A stretch of 64,000 nt of DNA, taken from NCBI GenBank assembly GCA_947168855.1, contig CAMVNO010000005.1, positions 88,439-152,438 of the forward strand, read 5' to 3'. The notes beneath the pieces were generated by a model, which saw nothing but the letters and a program-made list of their open reading frames with translations, had not been told where the DNA came from and did not search any database. Of this stretch, positions 57,124-64,000 are shown piece after piece; position 1 is the first letter of the stretch, and the number at the start of each line of letters is the position of its first letter. This DNA comes from an uncultured Clostridia bacterium. Lineage in GTDB: Bacteria; Bacillota; Clostridia; Christensenellales; CAG-138. The position numbers and the translations under genes are program-made.

Positions 57124-58179
57124 TTATACAACGACCTCGTAAGCGTCCTTCGCACCGTATTCGTTCAGCCGATACGGGCTCAGAATGCCGCGGTCGGTCA
57201 CCACGCCGGTCACGAGCTCCGGCGGCGTGATATCGAACGCCGGATAATATCCTTTCACGCCGTCGCGCGCGGTCCTGACGCCCATTGCCTCGAGCACGAA
57301 CGCCGGATTGCGAAACTCGATCTGCACGTCGCCGATTTTCGGATGCACGGTGTCCGGCACGCCCGTGACGTAGTACGGCACGCCGAGGTGCTTTGCCGCG
57401 ATCGCGATCTGAAACGTGCCGACCTTGTTGACGACGTGTCCGTCCATGGTGATCGCGTCCGCCGCCGAGGTGAACACATCCACATGCTCACGCTGCATGA
57501 CGAACGCCGGCATATTGTCCGTGATGACCGTCACGTCGAAGCCCATCTCGTAACACACCGTGGCGGTGAGCCGCGCGCCCTGAAAATACGGACGCGTTTC
57601 GGGGCAGAAGATGCGAAGGCGCTTCCCCCGCTCCCGTGATTCGCGCAGCATCATGCCGACGATCGTTTCCGCAAAGCACTGGGTGAGGATCGTGCCGTCG
57701 TCCGGGAATCTGTCGACCAGATGCGTCGCGATCTTCGCGATCTTCCGATAGCGGCTGTCGTTCGCTTCGACCGCGCGGCGTTTGATCGCCAGATCGACCG
57801 GTTCGCCGGACTTCCATGCCGCGTCCGCCGCAAGAAGCATCGTTTCGCACACGCGCGCCATGCGTTTTGCGGTCGTCGGACGCGCGGTACTGATCCGCTC
57901 CGCCGCGGCAGTGAGAAACGCGCGCTGCCGTTCTTCGCTTTCGTTCCGGCACTCATACGCCGCAAGCGCCATGCCCATCGCCGCAGCGGGATACGGGCCC
58001 GCGCTCTGCGTGACCATGTCCCGGATCGCCTGCGCAACCTCGCCGTGCGTTCTGCACGTTACGAACGACACCGTGCGCGGATAGCAGCGACGGTCGAGGA
58101 TGCGCACCGCGCCGTCCTCGTACCAGGCGATATTCTCATACTGCAGCATGAACGCAAGATCATGATCCGGTCTTTCCAT
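57124..58179 (-). CDS. IF-2B-family MtnA-like (methylthio)ribose-1-phosphate isomerase homolog, divergent N-terminal region
   Basis: Start moved to ATG 58179 (SD GGAGG). CPETRPYFQGARLTA, NKVGTFQIAIAAKHLGVPYYV, PAFDITPPELVTGVVTDRG. The N-terminal motif reads MVTQSAGPY where I recall canonical MtnA having M.VRGAPAIG. Confidence 0.78.
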   Translation of the reverse strand: MERPDHDLAFMLQYENIAWYEDGAVRILDRRCYPRTVSFVTCRTHGEVAQAIRDMVTQSAGPYPAAAMGMALAAYECRNESEERQRAFLTAAAERISTARPTTAKRMARVCETMLLAADAAWKSGEPVDLAIKRRAVEANDSRYRKIAKIATHLVDRFPDDGTILTQCFAETIVGMMLRESRERGKRLRIFCPETRPYFQGARLTATVCYEMGFDVTVITDNMPAFVMQREHVDVFTSAADAITMDGHVVNKVGTFQIAIAAKHLGVPYYVTGVPDTVHPKIGDVQIEFRNPAFVLEAMGVRTARDGVKGYYPAFDITPPELVTGVVTDRGILSPYRLNEYGAKDAYEVVV

Positions 58180-58342
58180 AACAGCCTCCGATTTGATTAT
58201 AAAGCCCAACCGCGCCTCTGTCCATGACTTTTTTTGAAAAAACCTTGCGTGCTGCAACCTTTTCTGATACAATGCAGTATATATTATGTACGGACGATGA
58301 TTCGTCAACATTTTTGAAATCAACAGAAAGGAACTGTATACG

Positions 58343-59083
58343 ATGAAAAAACTGATTGCAATTCTGCTTTGCAGCCTGATGCTCGTCGCGATCGCAGCCT
58401 GCGCAAAGACCCCCGAAAAACCCGCCGACGTCGCGAATGACGTTTCTGCTGAAGCCGAGCCCGTTTCGGAGCCCGTTGCCGGCGGCTGGGCGGTCGCGGA
58501 GGATAACACGATCACCGGAGAACGCAAGGCGATTTTCGACAAGGCGTTTGCAGAGCTGGTCGGCGTCGACTACGTGCCGGTTGCATGCCTCGGCACGCAG
58601 GTCGTTGCGGGAACCAATTACTGCTTCCTCGCAAAGGCGACCGTCGTCTACCCCGACGCAAAGCCGAAATACGTGCTTGTGTATGTGTATGCGGACCTTG
58701 AAGGCAACGCAACGATCATGAACATTGCCGACATGCCGGTCGTGCCGAACGGCGACGGAACGGCGGTCGAACCGATCGGTGACGAGACGCTCGACGGCGG
58801 CTGGGCGTTTGCAGAGGATCCGGCGATCACCGACGAGATCCGCGCAAAGCTTGAAAAGGCGCTGGCGGAGCTGGTCGGCGCAAGCTATGAGCCGATCGCA
58901 AACATCGCGACGCAGGTCGTTGCGGGAACGAACCGCTGCCTGCTGTGCAAGATTTCGCCGGTCGTACCGAATCCCGTGCCGCACTACGCGCTGGTCTATG
59001 TCTATGAAGACCTCGAAGGCGGCGCAGCGCTGCAGTTCGTGATCGACTTCGATTTCGGCGCGCTGTGCACCTACGGCGCATAA
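58343..59083 (+). CDS. Lipoprotein with two tandem stefin/cystatin-like domains
   Basis: MKKLIAILLCSLMLVAIAAC lipobox. GGW...TQVVAGTNYCFLAK... and GGW...TQVVAGTNRCLLCK...; QVVAG codons at 58598..58612 and 58913..58927. Confidence 0.75.
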   Translation: MKKLIAILLCSLMLVAIAACAKTPEKPADVANDVSAEAEPVSEPVAGGWAVAEDNTITGERKAIFDKAFAELVGVDYVPVACLGTQVVAGTNYCFLAKATVVYPDAKPKYVLVYVYADLEGNATIMNIADMPVVPNGDGTAVEPIGDETLDGGWAFAEDPAITDEIRAKLEKALAELVGASYEPIANIATQVVAGTNRCLLCKISPVVPNPVPHYALVYVYEDLEGGAALQFVIDFDFGALCTYGA

Positions 59084-59098
59084 CCACCGCATATCCGA

Positions 59099-59123
59099 CC
59101 TCCCCGCCCGGGGAGGTTTTTTC
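59099..59123 (+). terminator. Intrinsic terminator
   Basis: CCTCCCCgcccGGGGAGG followed by TTTTTT. Confidence 0.7.
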
Positions 59124-59190
59124 TTTGGGACTGGAATTCCCGCCGCAAATCGGGTATACTGATAAAAACACGGTATGATCGGAGGAACAT

Positions 59191-59952
59191 ATGCGGATCG
59201 CAGTCATTACGGGCGCGTCAAGCGGCATGGGCAGAGAATTTGCAAAGGCGGTCGACAAGGCGTTCGACCTCGACGAGCTTTGGGTGATCGCAAGGAGAGC
59301 CGAGCGGCTCGAATCGCTCAGATCGGAATGCAGAACGCCGGTGCGCGCGCTCGGCTGGGATCTTTCCGCGCCGGAGAATCAGCATGCGTACAAGGCGCTG
59401 CTCGAAGCGGAAAAGCCGGAGATCCGGATCCTCGTCAATGCGGCGGGCTACGGGCTGTTCGGCGCCGCCGGGGATCTTGACGTCGAAAACCAGCTCGGCA
59501 TCGTTGCGCTGAACGACACGGCGCTGTCCGCGATGTGCCTTCTTTCGCTCCCGTACATGCAAAACGGCGACACGATCGTGAACCTCGGCTCCAACTCGAG
59601 CTGGCAGCCCGTGCCGTACATGACGGTCTACGCGGCGTCGAAGGCGTATGTGCTGAGCTTTTCCCGCGCGCTCGGGCGCGAATTGAAGCCCCGCGGGATC
59701 CATGTACTGTGCGTCTGCCCCGGCTGGATCAAAACCGAGTTCTTCGACCGCGCGAAGCATGACGACACGATCCGCTATTTCGACCGCTGGTATACGGCAG
59801 AACAGGTTGTGGAACGCGCGATGAAAGACCTCAAAAAGAAAAAAACCGTCTCGATTCTCGGCTTCCCGGTGCGGATGCAGGTGCGGCTTGTGAAGCTTTT
59901 GCCCGTGAAGCTCGTCATGAACACCTGGTGCCGGCAGCAGGGAAAGGAATAA
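59191..59952 (+). CDS. SDR-family NAD(P)-dependent oxidoreductase
   Basis: ITGASSGMG, NAAG, YAASKAY motifs. Confidence 0.9.
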   Translation: MRIAVITGASSGMGREFAKAVDKAFDLDELWVIARRAERLESLRSECRTPVRALGWDLSAPENQHAYKALLEAEKPEIRILVNAAGYGLFGAAGDLDVENQLGIVALNDTALSAMCLLSLPYMQNGDTIVNLGSNSSWQPVPYMTVYAASKAYVLSFSRALGRELKPRGIHVLCVCPGWIKTEFFDRAKHDDTIRYFDRWYTAEQVVERAMKDLKKKKTVSILGFPVRMQVRLVKLLPVKLVMNTWCRQQGKE

Positions 59953-59953
59953 C

Positions 59954-60844
59954 ATGGGCATTATTCGAGCGATCACATCTTCCCTCGGCAGCGTTGCCAG
60001 GGAACAATGGAAAGAAGCGTTCTTCATGGATGCGCTTCCCGTCGACGTGCTGATGGCGCGCGGTCACAAGCACGTTTCCGGGCGCAGCGCCAACGACCGC
60101 ACGGACGACGAGGTCATCACAAGCGGTTCGCTGCTGTCCGTTGCGGACGGGCAGGCGCTCATCGTCGTTTCGCGCGGGAAGGTGGTCAACGTCGTGACCG
60201 AGCCCGGCGAACATGAGTACGTCGATCCGGACCGCCCCGCAGGCGTCGCGGGATATTTTCACGACGTCATCGAACGCGTCGGCTTCGGCGGCGGCGACGT
60301 GCAGCCGTTCCGGCAGCGCGTCTATTACATCAACACAAAGGAGTGTCACGGCAACGCATTCGAAACGCCCGCGCCGGTGTTTGTTCGCGTGCGCGACGAC
60401 AATATGGACGCGGACTTCGATCTGTCCGTTTCGCTTGCGGGCATGTATTCCTATCGCGTCGGGGATCCCGCCGCGCTGTATCACGCGATCGGCAACGTGC
60501 GGGAATCCTTTGAGCGAAAGGACCTGAAGCCGCAGCTGGATGCGGAGATCGTCTCCGCGCTTTCGGCAGCCGTCGGCACGCTGTTTCAAAGCGGGATCCG
60601 CCCGCACGAGCTTCCGAAGCATACAGCCGACCTTGCCGCAGCGGTGGCGGACGCGGTGCGCGACGGGTTTCTGAAGCGGTTCGGGCTCTCCATGCTCTCG
60701 ATCGCCTTTGACAAGCTGCAGATCGAGGAGATCTGGATGCTCAAAAACGCGCAGCGCGCCGCGATCCTCCGCGATCCCGAGATGGCGGCGGCGACGCTCG
60801 TCGACGCGACCGCGGAAGTGCTAAAAGACATTGCGGGAAGGTGA
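59954..60844 (+). CDS. SPFH/COG4260-type protein, paralog of 47174..48469 without the zinc-ribbon tail
   Basis: MGIIRAITSSLGSVAREQWKEAFFMDALPVDVL aligns with MGLIKAGIGALGGVLADQWKEFFYCEALPKDVL. SVADGQALIVV aligns with AVADGQCMIIV. Confidence 0.8.
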   Translation: MGIIRAITSSLGSVAREQWKEAFFMDALPVDVLMARGHKHVSGRSANDRTDDEVITSGSLLSVADGQALIVVSRGKVVNVVTEPGEHEYVDPDRPAGVAGYFHDVIERVGFGGGDVQPFRQRVYYINTKECHGNAFETPAPVFVRVRDDNMDADFDLSVSLAGMYSYRVGDPAALYHAIGNVRESFERKDLKPQLDAEIVSALSAAVGTLFQSGIRPHELPKHTADLAAAVADAVRDGFLKRFGLSMLSIAFDKLQIEEIWMLKNAQRAAILRDPEMAAATLVDATAEVLKDIAGR

Positions 60845-60919
60845 TACCTTCCCCTACGATCCGTTTTACCCGTAGGGGGCGTCGACCCCGACGCCCCGGC
60901 AATATGTAACATACCAAAA

Positions 60920-60941
60920 CCTCCCTGCGGGGAGGTTTTTG
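60920..60941 (+). terminator. Intrinsic terminator
   Basis: CCTCCCtgcGGGGAGG followed by TTTTTG. Confidence 0.65.
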
Positions 60942-60962
60942 CATGACGTCTTACAGGTGCAG

Positions 60963-61508
60963 TCAGTCCTTATACTTTGCCCGGATGCGGTTCAGCTTGA
61001 TCCCGCTGTGGATGATCATGTACAGATAGATCCCGAACATGACGCCGAAAAAGAAGCCGAAGAACGTGCTGAGTCTGCCCATGACGCCGTTCATCGCGTT
61101 GATCAGATTCGGGATCACGCAGCAGAGGAAGATCACCATGAGCGGGATCAGTCTGGTCCGCGTGACATGCTCTGCCATCTCCACACGGGAAGCGTTGTCA
61201 CTGAACAGCTCCTCCTCCCCCTCCGTCTTCGCCGCGCTTGCGGGTTTCCGGAAATACAGCCAGCCGAACAAGTGGAAAAAGTATTCCCAGCCGAAGTCCC
61301 TCAGCATCTGCAGGTATTCCTCGGTCTGCTCACCGTTCTTATAATCCAGCCGGTAAACGACGTCTTCCGGTTCGCAGGATTCAAACGTATAGAAACACGG
61401 CGACGTCATTTTGACGAGCTTCCAGCCGTTCTGGTGCTGCCTGCGGAGCCACAGTTCTTCGTCCTCATAGTCGGCGATCGTGTAAAAACGAATCTTGATT
61501 TTACGCAT
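60963..61508 (-). CDS. DUF2812 domain membrane protein
   Basis: YEDEELWLRRQHQNGWKLVKM N-terminal domain plus two C-terminal TM helices. 8-nt overlap with the padR gene. Confidence 0.75.
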   Translation of the reverse strand: MRKIKIRFYTIADYEDEELWLRRQHQNGWKLVKMTSPCFYTFESCEPEDVVYRLDYKNGEQTEEYLQMLRDFGWEYFFHLFGWLYFRKPASAAKTEGEEELFSDNASRVEMAEHVTRTRLIPLMVIFLCCVIPNLINAMNGVMGRLSTFFGFFFGVMFGIYLYMIIHSGIKLNRIRAKYKD

Positions 61509-61824
61509 CGATGTTCTCCCCCCTGCTGTTTTTGTAAAGTCGTTCGATCCTTTTGATCTCGATTCCCAGGACCTCTCTGCCGAGCTCCGTAAGCTGATAC
61601 AGCCGCCGCTTGTCCTCCTCGCTGTAAAAACGGATCAGCCCGTCCTTCTCCATCTTGGAAAGCGTTCCGTACATGGTCCCCGCGCCGATGACGACGGCGC
61701 CGCCGGTCAGTTTTTTTACCTGCTGGCTGATCCCGTATCCGTGCTGCGGCGTCTGCAGGCAAAACAGGATATAGAAGCCGGATTCGGTCATCGGAACGTA
61801 GACCTTTTTGATTTTATCGTTCAT
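61501..61824 (-). CDS. PadR-family transcriptional regulator
   Basis: FYILFCLQTPQHGYGISQQVKKLTGGAVVIGAGTMYGTLSKMEKDGLI. Start moved to ATG 61824. Confidence 0.88.
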   Translation of the reverse strand: MNDKIKKVYVPMTESGFYILFCLQTPQHGYGISQQVKKLTGGAVVIGAGTMYGTLSKMEKDGLIRFYSEEDKRRLYQLTELGREVLGIEIKRIERLYKNSRGENIDA

Positions 61825-61847
61825 AGGTCCTCCTTGACTATCTCGGT

Positions 61848-61894
61848 TCGATATATCGAGCTTCGATGTATATACTATATCGCACCTCGATATA
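61848..61894. promoter_or_regulatory. Candidate PadR operator region (TCGATATATCGA palindrome plus related half-sites)
   Basis: 12-bp perfect palindrome at 61848..61859. ATATCG/CGATAT half-sites repeat to 61894. Immediately upstream of the padR start. Confidence 0.4.
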
Positions 61895-61962
61895 CTTGTC
61901 AAGTGTTTTTATAAAAAAAGAGACACTTCTTTTTGAAGTGCCTCTGTGAAGTCGCTGCCGTC

Positions 61963-63144
61963 TTATTTCGCCGCCATCTTATAGATCGCTTCCATGTCGG
62001 ATTCACGGAGCACCATGGCGCTGCCGACCTTGCCGCCGACCGCGACCGCGCAGTTTTTCGCAAGGAGCTTCAGGTCGTCCTCGGAGGGCGAAACGCCGAG
62101 CTCCGAAAGATTTGTCGGCATGCCGATCGACCGGAAGAAATCTTCCGTCGCCTCGATGCCTTTGATCGCCGTCTCCTCGTCGGTTGGGCAGGGCTTTACG
62201 TCCATGACGTACATGGCAAACCGCACGAACCGATGCATGCAGTTGTGCATGACGTAGCGCGCCCAGCTTCCCCACATGGCGGTAAGCCCCGCGCCGTGGG
62301 TCACGTCGTACAGCGCGCCGAGCTCGTGCTCGAGCCGGTGGCACGCCCAGTCGCCCGCATCGTTGCCGCAGCCGGTGAGCCCGTTGTGCGAGAGCGAGCC
62401 CGCCCACATGATCTCCGCGCGGGCTTCGTAGTTTTCGGGGTCGTCCCGGAGCACGACGGCGTAGCGCATGACGGTTTTCAGAAGTCCCTCGGCGATCGCG
62501 TCGGTGAGCTCCATGCGGTGCCCGTTGACAAAATAGCGCTCCATCGTGTGCATCAGGATGTCCGAACAGCCCGCCGCAGTCTGATACGCGGGCAGCGTCT
62601 TCGTGAGCGCCGGATCCATCAGTGCGAACTTCGGGCGGCACAGGTCGCTGTTCACGCCGCGCTTCTTGTCCTCGTACGAGATGACGCTGCTGTCGCTCAT
62701 CTCGCTGCCGGACGCCGCAAGCGTCAGCACCACGCCGATCGGGAAGCACGCCTTCGGCGCGCGGGTGTGCTCATAGAGCTCTTTGACGTCCTTTTCCGGT
62801 TCCGCAAGCGCGTAGGCGATCGCCTTTGCCGAGTCGATGACGCTGCCGCCGCCGACTGCCAGAATGAAATCGACGCCGTACGCCTTGCACAGCTTCACGC
62901 CCTCATAGACCTTCTCGAGCCGCGGGTTCGGCACCACGCCGCCCAGCGATACATAGTCGATCTCCTCGGCGGTCAGCGAATCCTGCACACGCTTTAAAAG
63001 CCCGGACTTCACGGCGCTTTTGCCGCCGTAGTGGATCAGCACTTTTTTGCCGCCGAACGCCTTGACCATGGCGCCCGCGCTTATTTCCACGTCGTGACCG
63101 AACACGACCTTCGTAGGTGTATACAGGGTGAAATCTCCGTTCAT
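61963..63144 (-). CDS. Iron-containing (group III) alcohol dehydrogenase, butanol-dehydrogenase-like
   Basis: ILAVGGGSVIDSAKAIA and the His-rich metal site region (HTMERYF, HRLEHELG). Confidence 0.92.
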   Translation of the reverse strand: MNGDFTLYTPTKVVFGHDVEISAGAMVKAFGGKKVLIHYGGKSAVKSGLLKRVQDSLTAEEIDYVSLGGVVPNPRLEKVYEGVKLCKAYGVDFILAVGGGSVIDSAKAIAYALAEPEKDVKELYEHTRAPKACFPIGVVLTLAASGSEMSDSSVISYEDKKRGVNSDLCRPKFALMDPALTKTLPAYQTAAGCSDILMHTMERYFVNGHRMELTDAIAEGLLKTVMRYAVVLRDDPENYEARAEIMWAGSLSHNGLTGCGNDAGDWACHRLEHELGALYDVTHGAGLTAMWGSWARYVMHNCMHRFVRFAMYVMDVKPCPTDEETAIKGIEATEDFFRSIGMPTNLSELGVSPSEDDLKLLAKNCAVAVGGKVGSAMVLRESDMEAIYKMAAK

Positions 63145-63162
63145 AGCTGCCTCCTGATTTTA

Positions 63163-64000
63163 TTAAAATGCTTTGATGACCGATTGGTTCAATGCGCGGA
63201 TCAGCGCAAGCGCAAGCTCCACCGTTGCGTCGTAATCCGCTTCCGCCGCAATGCAGGCGGGTGTATGGATATAGCGCACGGGCACGCCGAGCACGATCGC
63301 GGGCGCGCCGAAAAGCTCGGATTGAATGATCGCCGCGTCGTTGCCGCCGCCCTCGCGGACCGCCGCCTGCGCGGGAATGCCCTTTTCGTTCGCCAGATCG
63401 AGCGCGTACCGCACAAACCGCGGATTGCAGATGACCGAGTTATCCATAAAGCGGATCATCGGTCCGTGCCCGAGCTTTGTCTGCATGGCATACGGCTCGC
63501 CGAAGGTATCGTCCGCGGGACAGCCCTCGAACACGAGCGCCGCATCGGGACGGATGCGGTTCGTCGTGACCTTGCAGCCGCGTTCGCCGACCTCCTCCTG
63601 CACCGACAGCGCGCCGACGACGTCGATCGCAAGGTCCTCGTCCGCGATGCGCCGCATGACCTCCAGAAGCGCCGCGCAGCCGATCCGGCAGTCGAACGCC
63701 TTGCCGAAAAGCAATCCGTGTTCTTCATCATACCGGAACGGCGCGTCCGGCACGACCGGCTCGCCGATGCGGATCCCGAAGGACTTCTCCGCCTCCTCTG
63801 CGCTTCGAGCCCCGATATCGACCGCAAGATCGCGGATCTCGGGCGTCCCCTGCCGCTCCTTTTCCGCCGCGCTCATAAAATGCGGCGGCTTGGCGACGAT
63901 CACCCCGGGGATCCATTTCCCCTCGCGATTACGGACCAGCACCCTTGTGCCGGGTAGCGTCGCGCGGTTCCATCCGCCGAGCGGCACAACGCGCAGCGTG
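63163..64000 (-). CDS. M42-family metallopeptidase (FrvX/CelM-like); 5' end beyond the window
   Basis: SVQEEVGERG and GGGNDAA motifs. The reading frame stays open through base 64000. Confidence 0.85.
   Translation of the reverse strand, partial: TLRVVPLGGWNRATLPGTRVLVRNREGKWIPGVIVAKPPHFMSAAEKERQGTPEIRDLAVDIGARSAEEAEKSFGIRIGEPVVPDAPFRYDEEHGLLFGKAFDCRIGCAALLEVMRRIADEDLAIDVVGALSVQEEVGERGCKVTTNRIRPDAALVFEGCPADDTFGEPYAMQTKLGHGPMIRFMDNSVICNPRFVRYALDLANEKGIPAQAAVREGGGNDAAIIQSELFGAPAIVLGVPVRYIHTPACIAAEADYDATVELALALIRALNQSVIKAF

Noticed and set aside
57124-58542. N-terminal 121-codon extension of the isomerase ORF. Similar upstream extensions occur in listed ORFs 2754..4808, 14145..15713, 15801..17054, 16922..17650, 19898..21655, 21758..22570, 22468..23436, 23460..24503, 25485..27182, 27127..28191, 30191.., 31113.., 38500.., 43382..45235, 46284..46766, 49605.., 53426.., 55260..56075, 56203..56826, 56763..57155 and 61501..61902.
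   Set aside because: In each case an internal start has a good SD or a start/stop overlap with the upstream gene and matches the family-typical N-terminus. The extensions overlap neighbouring genes or intergenic repeats.

Overview
GC-rich chromosomal segment with G/C-biased third codon positions. Gene content (spmA/spmB, DUF1540, a CD1871A-type micro-protein) suggests a spore-forming Clostridia genome, possibly Oscillospiraceae/Ruminococcaceae-like; this is inference. I support about 60 protein-coding genes and see no rRNA, tRNA, CRISPR array, transposase or integrase. Housekeeping blocks: PBP, then murG / RNA methyltransferase / metG / tatD (minus strand); proS; mutY; spmAB; a BMP-type nucleoside ABC importer; two heterodimeric ABC exporters. 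Many long ORFs in the supplied track are antisense shadows of real genes, as expected in GC-rich DNA. Several listed starts are too far upstream; I re-set them using SD sequences and start/stop overlaps. Points I consider most worth follow-up: (1) a minus-strand redox/metal cluster at 34.5-38.4 kb: TlpA-like thioredoxin lipoprotein, an unlisted 48-aa CXXC micro-protein, a NapH-like membrane polyferredoxin, a CobW GTPase with a ~107-residue His/Cys/acidic insert, and a CobW-like protein with a DUF1980-like tail; (2) an OmpR/HK two-component system whose own promoter and the promoters of both flanking genes for large exported proteins share an operator of 11-nt phased TTACAAC/TGTTAC/TGTGAC repeats, and one of those target genes has an in-frame TAG right after its lipoprotein signal peptide; (3) an unusual family of intergenic tandem mini-hairpin arrays with a constant 7-9 nt word, a variable short hairpin and a 16-24 nt period, at six or more loci, plus composite palindromic elements; (4) a lipoprotein made of two stefin/cystatin-like domains, each carrying QVVAGTN; (5) an SPFH / zinc-ribbon / multi-TPM membrane module with a second SPFH paralog; (6) an orphan promoter-to-terminator small RNA and a ~250-nt structured leader; (7) an AT-rich ~1.1 kb island with a PNP/UDP-family gene beside a repeat cluster and a gene remnant.
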